Virus record (IMG/VR): IMGVR_UViG_3300014655_000005
Coordinates: 1 to 40,222 of that record
Source: a virus
Taxonomy: Duplodnaviria > Caudoviricetes
Strand: one strand, 5' to 3'
Length of the DNA stretch: 40,222 nucleotides
Both the position numbers and the translations under genes were made by a program. Under the pieces are notes generated by a model. The model was given only the letters and a program-made list of their open reading frames with translations. It searched no databases and was not told the origin of the DNA. Shown here one piece after another: positions 34,161-40,222 of this stretch (within the stretch, counting starts at the first letter, position 1; the number at the start of each line of letters is the position of its first letter).

Positions 34161-34823
34161 ATGCGCCCCGCCACGCTGATCTCGACCGTCGTCGCCGCGG
34201 CGGCGGACACGGACCTCACCGATCTCGCCACGGTCAAGAGCGAGCTGGCGATCGCCGGAACGGCCAACGACAAGTTCCTGGCGCGCCAGATCGCGGCGGC
34301 TTCGGCGGCGATCCAGACCTATTGCAACCGGGTCTTCGCCGCCCAGACGATCCAGGACCAGATCTGGTTCGCGCGCGAATCCTGGCCGGCCGTCGTGCGC
34401 GAGGGCGCCGCGCCGCTGCAATTGACGGGCTGGCCGCTGCTCAGCGTCGCCTCGGTCGTCGCGCCCGTCCTCGGCGTCGGGACGACGCTTCAGCAGGGGA
34501 CCGATTTCCTCGCCGATATGGCGGCCGGGCAGCTCGTCCGTCTCGACGCCAATGGCTTCCCCAAGCACTGGCGCGAATCGCCGATCGTCGCGACCTATCA
34601 GGCCGGCTACGCCGATCTGCCCGCCGACGTCGAGGAAGCGACGATCCTGCTGGTCAAGATGCGCTGGTTCGCGCGGCTGCGCGATCCGCTGACGCGCTCG
34701 CTGAACGCGCCGGGCGTGTTCGAGCAGACCTTCGTCATGGGCACCGGCCCCGGCGGCGCCGACGACATGCCGGCCGAAGTCACCGCGCTGATCGACCGCT
34801 ATCGCGTGCCGGTCGTCGCATAG
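34161..34823 (+). CDS. Head-tail adaptor (gp6-like), 220 aa
   Basis: LTDLATVKSEL...AASAAIQTYCNR...YQAGY..LPADVEEA...LIDRYR. Confidence 0.85.
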   Translation: MRPATLISTVVAAAADTDLTDLATVKSELAIAGTANDKFLARQIAAASAAIQTYCNRVFAAQTIQDQIWFARESWPAVVREGAAPLQLTGWPLLSVASVVAPVLGVGTTLQQGTDFLADMAAGQLVRLDANGFPKHWRESPIVATYQAGYADLPADVEEATILLVKMRWFARLRDPLTRSLNAPGVFEQTFVMGTGPGGADDMPAEVTALIDRYRVPVVA

Positions 34824-34831
34824 GAGCCGCT

Positions 34832-35155
34832 ATGAAACGCGCCACCATCGAGATCCCCACCAATCTCCTCGCCGAGGCGCTCCCGGTTCTCGTCGACGCC
34901 GGCCTGACAGTCAAAGCCGTCATCACCGACGGTGAGTACGGATCCGCGTTCGTCTCAGTCGAGGGCTTCGCACTGCCTGACGATTGCTGCGGCGCCGACG
35001 TCGGTCTCGTCCGGATGGATATGATGCTGGAGACGTTCGGCCGCCAGCGCCTGGTCAAGATTGCCGCCTTCACGCCTGCAACCTCGGCGCTCGATCGGCG
35101 CCGTCGCGTCGCCAGGGCGATTGCAAGCTTCTTGCCTCATGTCGCAGGGAACTGA
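34832..35155 (+). CDS. Hypothetical protein inserted in the head-tail module (107 aa)
   Basis: TAGGAG RBS; codon usage looks different from neighbours. Confidence 0.6.
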   Translation: MKRATIEIPTNLLAEALPVLVDAGLTVKAVITDGEYGSAFVSVEGFALPDDCCGADVGLVRMDMMLETFGRQRLVKIAAFTPATSALDRRRRVARAIASFLPHVAGN

Positions 35156-35156
35156 C

Positions 35157-35585
35157 ATGGACAATCCCGGCCCCTTCGTCTTCACCCTCAACGGCGGCGC
35201 GTTTTCGCTCGCCGCCGCCGGCGTCTTTATCGGCGACTGGATGGAGGGCTTCGCCGGCGTCGACGCGCTGAGCCTCGGGGCGAGCTTCGCCTATGGAGCG
35301 GGCGGCGCGGCGCCCGGCGTGACGGTCTATTTCCAGACCAGCCTCGACCAGGGCCAGACGCCGATCGACATCTTCGCGCCGCAGTTCGGCCAGGCGAGCG
35401 CGCTCTCGCTCGCCAACCTTTCCGGCCTCGACAAGGCCGCCCCGTTCGCGCCCGCCCAGCAGTCGTTGACGCCGAACACGATCCAGGACGGCGTGCTCGG
35501 CGACCGCTTCCGCGCCGTCGTGGTGGTCGGCGCGACGCCCTACGGCGGCGCCTCGTCGCTCATGCTGTGGGGGTGTGCGCGGTGA
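35157..35585 (+). CDS. Putative virion beta-sandwich protein (142 aa)
   Basis: VYFQTSLDQG...GVLGDRFRAVV pattern; head-tail module. Confidence 0.6.
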   Translation: MDNPGPFVFTLNGGAFSLAAAGVFIGDWMEGFAGVDALSLGASFAYGAGGAAPGVTVYFQTSLDQGQTPIDIFAPQFGQASALSLANLSGLDKAAPFAPAQQSLTPNTIQDGVLGDRFRAVVVVGATPYGGASSLMLWGCAR

Positions 35586-35974
35586 GCGACCCCGCCGCGA
35601 CCGCCTTCATGCGGACGGCGATCCACACGACCGGCGTGCCGGTCACGATGCAGCGCGTCTTCGGCTATGCGCCGGCCCCGGTGTGGACGTTCTCGGCCGA
35701 TCTCACCGCCCGCGTCGCCAAGGTGGCCGCCAACCGCGCCGCGCCGGCGCGCGACGGCCTCTCGGCCACCGCACCGGGCGCGTTGACCCAGGACGACCGC
35801 ACCGTGCGCCTCATGGCCGACGAGCTCGCCGCCGAGCGGTTTCCGCTGCCGGTCGCCAAGGGCGACAAGATCATCCTGGCCGCTGGCGGCGAAGCATTCG
35901 AGGTTTCGGAAGTCGACGATTACACCTTCGCCTTCGCCGGCGCGATCGAGCTCACCGTGACGGGGGTCGCATGA
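35582..35974 (+). CDS. Head closure/head-tail joining protein (130 aa)
   Basis: GVPVTMQR...PLPVAKGDKII...FEVSEVD; synteny. Confidence 0.65.
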   Translation: MSDPAATAFMRTAIHTTGVPVTMQRVFGYAPAPVWTFSADLTARVAKVAANRAAPARDGLSATAPGALTQDDRTVRLMADELAAERFPLPVAKGDKIILAAGGEAFEVSEVDDYTFAFAGAIELTVTGVA

Positions 35975-36465
35975 TCCCGACCCTGGTCGTCGACGAAAAG
36001 CGCCTGACCCAGGTGCTCGACGGGATGGCGCCGGCCGTGCGCGAGCGCCTAATCGAGACCCTGGAGCCGATCGCCGCGGAGATCCAGGCCGACGCCAAGG
36101 CCCGCGCCGAGGAGCATATCCGCTATCTCGGCTCGAAAAACCCGGGCTCCTACGTCGAATCGATCCAGCATGGCGTCGCCGCCAAGCGCGAGCGCAAGGT
36201 CACGGGCTACGTGCGCTCCGGCCATCCGCTCGCCCATCTGCTCGAGGACGGCTTCACCATCAAGGACATGATGATCCAGAGCGCCGACGGCGGCGTGATG
36301 GCGTTCCAGGACGAGCTCGGCATGCACTTCGCCAGGGACGTTCACCGCCATGAGACCAAGGTGAAGGCCTATCCGGCGATCCGCCCCGCCTTCGAGGCGC
36401 GCCGCGACGACATCCTCGCCGCGCTCGAGGCGGTCGCGCGCGAATCGGGGCAGGGGACAGGCTGA
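35971..36465 (+). CDS. HK97 gp10-like tail completion protein (164 aa)
   Basis: AHLLEDG and YPAIRPAFE motifs; synteny. Confidence 0.7.
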   Translation: MIPTLVVDEKRLTQVLDGMAPAVRERLIETLEPIAAEIQADAKARAEEHIRYLGSKNPGSYVESIQHGVAAKRERKVTGYVRSGHPLAHLLEDGFTIKDMMIQSADGGVMAFQDELGMHFARDVHRHETKVKAYPAIRPAFEARRDDILAALEAVARESGQGTG

Positions 36466-36896
36466 TGGCGGCGACCCGCGAACAGGCGATGACCGCGCTG
36501 CTCGCGGTGTTGAACGCCTGCGGCTCCTTCAAGCTGGTTTCGCGCCGCAACCGCAGCCCGGAATCGATCCCGCTGGCGCAATGCCCGGCCGCGTTCCTGC
36601 TCTCCGAGAGCGATGAATACGAGGACCGCGCGCCGCTGCCGCAGGTCCGCGCGCTGATGGTCAGCGCCGTTTTCTACAACGACGTCGGGACCGACCAGAA
36701 CGCGATTCCGTCTGTTGTCATCAACCAGGCGCTCGACGCGCTCGACGCCGCGCTGGCGCCGATGGGGCCGAGCGGCTTCTTCACCCTCGGCGGCCTCGTC
36801 GACTCGGTCAAGATCGTCGGCCGCATCGAGCGCGTCGACGGCGCCAAGACTGGCCGCAGCATGGCCAGCGTCCCGATCAAAATCACACTGCCCTGA
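36465..36896 (+). CDS. Tail terminator protein (143 aa)
   Basis: TREQAMTAL...TLGGLV...VPIKI; synteny. Confidence 0.7.
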   Translation: MAATREQAMTALLAVLNACGSFKLVSRRNRSPESIPLAQCPAAFLLSESDEYEDRAPLPQVRALMVSAVFYNDVGTDQNAIPSVVINQALDALDAALAPMGPSGFFTLGGLVDSVKIVGRIERVDGAKTGRSMASVPIKITLP

Positions 36897-36989
36897 GCGA
36901 AGGCGAAGCCTTCGGCTCATCGCGCCCCGAGGTGAACGCGTGAGCGTTCGTCCGGAGGGCGACCCGCGCTCAATCACATCAGGCTCTCC

Positions 36990-37745
36990 ATGCCGCGCAA
37001 AATCTTCATCGCCGTCCCCGCCTATTCCGGCGAGGTGACGGTCCCGACCATGACCAGCCTGCTGCGCGCGCGCGACGAGGCGCGCGGCCAGGGGTGGGAG
37101 TGCACGATCGAGACGCGCCCGGGCGATTCGATGGTGCACCGCGGCCGCAATGTCATGCTGACCGACTTCCTCGAGTCGGACGCCAGCGACCTTGTCTTCT
37201 GGGATGCCGACGTCGCCGCCGCGCCGGGCGCGTTCCTGCGCCTCGTTTCGCATCCCGTCGACTTCGTCGGCGGCGTTTATCCCTTCCGCCAGGACCCCGA
37301 AGGCTATCCCCTCCGCGCAATCGGACCGCTGATCGAGGACGCGGCGACCGGCCTGATGACCAACGCCGAGCTCGGACTGCCCGCCGGCTTCCTGCGCGTC
37401 ACCCGCGCCGGCCTCGAACGCATGGTCGCCGCGCATCCTGAGCTTTGGGCGCGCGAGCGCAGCGGCCGCCGCATCGTCTGGCTGTTCGACTTCGCCCTGA
37501 TCGACCATGAGCCTTTCTCCGAGGACTTCGTCTTCTGCCGGCGCTGGCGCGAGGCGGGCGGCGTCGTCTGGCTCGATCCTGACCTCACCCTCCACCACAC
37601 CGGCCAGAAGACCTTCTCCGGCCGCTACGGCGACTTCTATCGCCGCCGCCTCGCCGCCGCGACGACGCCTCAGGAGCTCGAGGACGCTCAAGGAGCGCTC
37701 GACGCCTTTCTCTCCCCGCTGACGCCGCCCGCTTCGGCGGCGTGA
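36990..37745 (+). CDS. GT-A fold (GT2-like) glycosyltransferase (251 aa)
   Basis: KIFIAVPAY, RGRN, DxD in FWDADV, GFLRV, SEDFVFC, LHHTG. Confidence 0.85.
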   Translation: MPRKIFIAVPAYSGEVTVPTMTSLLRARDEARGQGWECTIETRPGDSMVHRGRNVMLTDFLESDASDLVFWDADVAAAPGAFLRLVSHPVDFVGGVYPFRQDPEGYPLRAIGPLIEDAATGLMTNAELGLPAGFLRVTRAGLERMVAAHPELWARERSGRRIVWLFDFALIDHEPFSEDFVFCRRWREAGGVVWLDPDLTLHHTGQKTFSGRYGDFYRRRLAAATTPQELEDAQGALDAFLSPLTPPASAA

Positions 37746-37772
37746 TCCCTCGCAACAACAAGGACCTTCCCC

Positions 37773-38534
37773 ATGCTCCAGTTCGGCGCAGGCGCCCTCT
37801 TTGGGTTCAGGAACGACATCGCCGGCCAGACGCCGATTCGCTTCGCGGCGCTGCAGGACGTCTCCTGGGATCTGAGCTTCACCGAAAAGCCGCTCGCCGG
37901 CCTCCTGCAGCTGCCGATCACCGTGGCGCGCGGCGAGGGCAAGTGGGGCGGCAAGGCCAAGGCGGGCGTTCTCTCGGCCAAGGTCTTCAACTCGATCTTC
38001 TTCGGCCAGACGCTCACCACCGGCGGCATCCAGGCCGCGGTCGACGAGCCCCACACCGTGCCGACGTCGTCGCCCTTCACCATCACGCCGGCCAACCAGG
38101 CGAGCTTTTACAGCGACCAGGGCGTCACCTACGCCGGGCCGCTCGGCCTCAATTTGTCGGCGACCTCGGGCGCGCCGACCGCGTCGGCGCAATACGAGCC
38201 GCCGCCCGCGCCGAGCACCACCGGCGTCTACGCCTTCTCCTCGAGCGACGCCGGCAACGCCGTTCTGCTCGACTATCTCTACAGCGTGACCACCGGCGAG
38301 CAGATCGACATCGCCAACCTGGCGCTCGGCACCACGCCGACCTTCGCCGGCGTGTTCCGCAACCGCGACCCGCAGACCGGGAAGTTCATGACGCTGGTGA
38401 TCAACAAGATGACGAGCTCGAAACTGTCGTTCGGCTCGAAGACCTCCGACTGGACCGTCCCCGAGTTCGACATGACGATCATGGACGACGGGACCGGCAA
38501 CATCGGCACGCTGACCTTCGGAGACGTTTCGTGA
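37773..38534 (+). CDS. Major tail tube protein (253 aa)
   Basis: AAGGA RBS; LQFGAG...LQDVSWDLSFTEKPL...WTVPEFD; precedes chaperone and tape measure genes. Confidence 0.82.
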   Translation: MLQFGAGALFGFRNDIAGQTPIRFAALQDVSWDLSFTEKPLAGLLQLPITVARGEGKWGGKAKAGVLSAKVFNSIFFGQTLTTGGIQAAVDEPHTVPTSSPFTITPANQASFYSDQGVTYAGPLGLNLSATSGAPTASAQYEPPPAPSTTGVYAFSSSDAGNAVLLDYLYSVTTGEQIDIANLALGTTPTFAGVFRNRDPQTGKFMTLVINKMTSSKLSFGSKTSDWTVPEFDMTIMDDGTGNIGTLTFGDVS

Positions 38535-38860
38535 TGACGCACGCGACCGCCGACCACTGCGCCGTCCGCCTCGGCGCGCTCTCCTTCTCCGTGCCGCGCC
38601 TGACGCTCGGCGCGATCCGCAAGCTGATGCGCCTGCAGGCCGAGTTCGCCAAGATCGAGAGGCCGGATTCGGACGCGATGTTCGATCACGGCCTCGCCGT
38701 CGCGGCGCTGGTGTTCGAGCGCGCCGAGCCGAAGCTTCCCGACCTCGAGCAAATCGAGTGCTCGCCGCAGGAGCTGCGCGCGGCGCAGAACGTCGTGCTC
38801 GAATTCTCCGGTCTCGCGCCGAAGACGGAAGCAGCCGGAGCCCCGGCGCCGGGAAAATAG
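38534..38860 (+). CDS. Tail assembly chaperone (G-like), 108 aa
   Basis: TGATG overlap with tube gene; ends G GGA AAA TAG. Confidence 0.8.
   Translation: MTHATADHCAVRLGALSFSVPRLTLGAIRKLMRLQAEFAKIERPDSDAMFDHGLAVAALVFERAEPKLPDLEQIECSPQELRAAQNVVLEFSGLAPKTEAAGAPAPGK
38851..38857 (+). other. Programmed -1 frameshift slippery site GGGAAAA
   Basis: X-XXY-YYZ heptamer right before TAG; -1 frame open to 39156. Confidence 0.85.
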
Positions 38861-39156
38861 CCGGCGAGGGGGCCTTAAGCGAGCGCTGGTTCCAGGACGT
38901 GCTCGGCCGCCTGCAGAGCGAATGCGGCTGGACGCCCGCCGAGGCGCGCGAGGCGACGCTCGCCGACGTCGACGACCTCTTCGCCTATTGGCGCCGCCAT
39001 CCCCCCTTGAGCCAGCTGGTAGGCGTCATCGCGCAAGGGATGCGCTGGAAACCCGAGCCGGAAGCGCCGGCGCCGGGCGATTTCGCCGCCGCGGTTGCCG
39101 ACGAAAACAAGATGTTCGAACTGCCGGACCGCTGGTTCGGCCAACGCAAGGGTTAG
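38851..39156 (+). CDS. Tail assembly chaperone -1 frame extension (GT-like)
   Basis: GKIAGEG...GWTPAEA...TL...LFAYWRRHPP; lacks its own convincing start. Confidence 0.78.
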   Translation, partial: GKIAGEGALSERWFQDVLGRLQSECGWTPAEAREATLADVDDLFAYWRRHPPLSQLVGVIAQGMRWKPEPEAPAPGDFAAAVADENKMFELPDRWFGQRKG

Positions 39157-39159
39157 GCG

Positions 39160-40222
39160 ATGGCCGCGGACATCTACGTCGCCTTCGGCGCCGACACCGG
39201 CGGCCTCGAGGCGGCCCTGGCGCTGGCCAGCTCCAACGTCAAGGGCATGGCCGCCGAGCTGCGCGCGCTCGCCAACGAGATGCGCGTCACCGGCGCCGCC
39301 GCCGATTCCGAGCTGGGCCAGAAGGTCCTCGCCGCCGGCGCGAATCTGGCGGCCGCCAAGGCGCAGGTCGCGGGCCTCAAGTCCGAGCTGAAGGAGGCGG
39401 GGAGCGAAAGCGCCGGCGGGATCGCCGGCCTGCTTGCTCCGATCGCCGAATTCAAGGAGAGCCTCAGCGGTCTGATCGAGCTGGTCGCCGGCGCCTTCGC
39501 GGTCGACAAGATCGTCGAATTCATCCGCTCCATGGGCGAGCTCGGCGAGCAGACCGAGCGCACGTCGGAGATCCTCGGCCTGACGACGCAGCAGGTCGGC
39601 GAGCTGCAATACGCCTTCCAGGCGACCGGCACCGACGCCGCCAATCTCGACCAGATGGTCGGCCGCTTCGAGATCGGCCTCGCCAAGGCGGCGGCGGGAA
39701 CCGGCCCGGCTGTCGCCGGACTGAAAGCGCTCGGGCTCAACGCCAAGGACCTCATCGGCCTGCCGTTCCCCGAGCAGCTCGACAAGATGGCGGCTGCGGT
39801 CTCGCGCTTCGCCGACGGCACCAACAAGACGGCGGCGCTGCAATCGCTCGGCCGCGGCTTCGTCGAGCTCATTCCGCTGCTCGACGAGGGCGCGGGCGGG
39901 TTCGACGAACTGCGCGAGAAAGCCGACGCGACCAACAGCGTGCTCGACGCCGCCGCGACCCGCTCGCTGGTCGACATGCAGCACGCGCTGGTCGATCTCG
40001 GCGCCGCGGTCAAGGGCGACGCGATCCAGGCCTTCCTGCCCTTCGCCGGCGTGGTCGACAACCTCGTCTCGCAGCTGCGCCAGCTCGCCGAAGCCTTCTC
40101 GGATTCGGCCAGGAGCGGCGGCTTGATGCACGTCGCGCTGGAGGCGTTGGCCGGCGTCCTCAGGGTGTCGCTGACCTATTCCGAGGCGCTGACCACGGTG
40201 ATCGTCCAGTTCGCGATCGCCG
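39160..40222 (+). CDS. Tape measure protein, 5' part (runs off window)
   Basis: MAADIYVAFGADTGGLEAAL...; long Ala/Gly/Leu-rich helical frame open to window end. Confidence 0.9.
   Translation, partial: MAADIYVAFGADTGGLEAALALASSNVKGMAAELRALANEMRVTGAAADSELGQKVLAAGANLAAAKAQVAGLKSELKEAGSESAGGIAGLLAPIAEFKESLSGLIELVAGAFAVDKIVEFIRSMGELGEQTERTSEILGLTTQQVGELQYAFQATGTDAANLDQMVGRFEIGLAKAAAGTGPAVAGLKALGLNAKDLIGLPFPEQLDKMAAAVSRFADGTNKTAALQSLGRGFVELIPLLDEGAGGFDELREKADATNSVLDAAATRSLVDMQHALVDLGAAVKGDAIQAFLPFAGVVDNLVSQLRQLAEAFSDSARSGGLMHVALEALAGVLRVSLTYSEALTTVIVQFAIA

Larger units (their letters stand above)
1..40222. mobile_element. Lambdoid/HK97-like temperate siphophage (probable prophage), partial; both ends lie outside the window
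   Basis: Contiguous lambda-like order: leftward early operon, cI/cro switch, replication, HNH-TerS-TerL-portal-protease-capsid, head-tail, tail tube, chaperones, tape measure; no host housekeeping genes. Confidence 0.97.

Noticed and set aside
25929-40131. Long antisense ORFs over the structural genes (e.g. 25929-27488, 28016-29590, 30446-32347, 36369-38192, 38875-40131)
   Set aside because: Antisense shadows caused by GC3 bias; no motifs, and the sense genes are clearly identifiable.
1-40222. tRNA/rRNA genes, IS transposases, reverse transcriptase or DGR
   Set aside because: None recognisable by eye; small RNAs cannot be excluded without a covariance search.

Overview
The whole 40.2-kb window is the middle of a GC-rich, lambdoid/HK97-like temperate siphophage, almost certainly a prophage of an alphaproteobacterium (it carries a GapR homolog and Rhizobiales-style palindromic repeats). 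From left to right: (i) a leftward early operon (1-8662) of translationally coupled genes, including a J-domain protein, a Myb-like-repeat/HTH protein, a HerA-like ATPase, GapR and a long ParB-family protein; (ii) an immunity region in which PL (~8700) and PR (~12760) share an identical TTGACA-N18-TAGTTT design overlapped by 17-bp CTACGC-N5-GCGTAG operators, with cI and cro, and a four-gene cargo block between PL and cI (4-TM protein, periplasmic Cys protein, NdpA/YejK-family protein, C-terminally membrane-anchored protein); (iii) a rightward early/replication operon (CII-like, two DNA methyltransferases, initiator with internal iterons, loader-like protein); (iv) a putative late promoter/terminator, a Cre-like tyrosine recombinase, a third methyltransferase, HNH, TerS/TerL, portal, protease, capsid, several putative decoration proteins, head-tail genes, a GT-A glycosyltransferase inserted directly before the tail tube gene, frameshifted tail chaperones and the start of the tape measure gene. 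The integrase/att sites, distal tail and lysis genes lie outside the window. The best candidates for undescribed biology are the NdpA-plus-membrane-protein pair at the position where lambda carries rexAB (candidate anti-phage system) and the glycosyltransferase in the tail module (candidate virion glycosylation). All product calls come from motif recognition and synteny; no database searches were run.
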